DNA of 64,000 bases from an uncultured Gammaproteobacteria bacterium (GTDB taxonomy: Bacteria; Pseudomonadota; Gammaproteobacteria; DRLM01), in contig CAMYKQ010000053.1 of NCBI GenBank assembly GCA_947259075.1, positions 3,846-67,845 of the forward strand. Direction: 5' to 3'. A model generated the notes under the pieces. The model was given only the letters and a program-made list of their open reading frames with translations, was not told where the DNA came from and searched no databases. Positions 63,947 through 64,000 of the stretch are shown here, one piece after another (positions within the stretch are counted from its first letter, which is position 1; the number at the start of each line of letters is the position of its first letter). Position numbers and translations under genes: made by a program.

Positions 63947-64000
63947 TGTGTCTCTTTTCGCTGAGGCGGCCGGCGCCGTCGCTGGCCGCCTTATGGTTTA

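Overview
High-GC proteobacterial chromosome segment; gene order resembles a gammaproteobacterium (inference). Core blocks: B12 uptake and activation (btuF; cobalamin riboswitch-btuB-tonB-pduO), gshA-gshB-apbE-NusG II-Gx-tonB-yqgE-ruvX-pyrR-pyrB-pyrC', an AcrAB/OprM-type RND pump with TetR, rsmE, bioA, the SAM cycle (metK, SAH riboswitch-ahcY, metF) and tkt-gap-pgk-pyk-fba. Accessory content: (1) a three-gene operon with a secreted transglutaminase-like dockerin protein, a PEP-CTERM-like protein and a cohesin-like PEP-CTERM-like protein, a candidate cohesin-dockerin surface-display system; (2) an AT-rich integron-type cassette with a truncated attC and a degenerate class III cyclase-fold gene, lying between two inverted GTAG REPs; (3) an AT-rich His-rich metal island led by a CxxC/RAPP (CruR/DUF2946-like) gene and including a 43-aa His-rich lipoprotein missed by the ORF track; (4) an arsM/arsS arsenosugar-type cluster with an ECF sigma/anti-sigma pair; (5) a secreted orphan behind tandem sigma-28-like promoters and GGA hairpins. 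All family assignments come from motif recognition by eye; no database searches were run.
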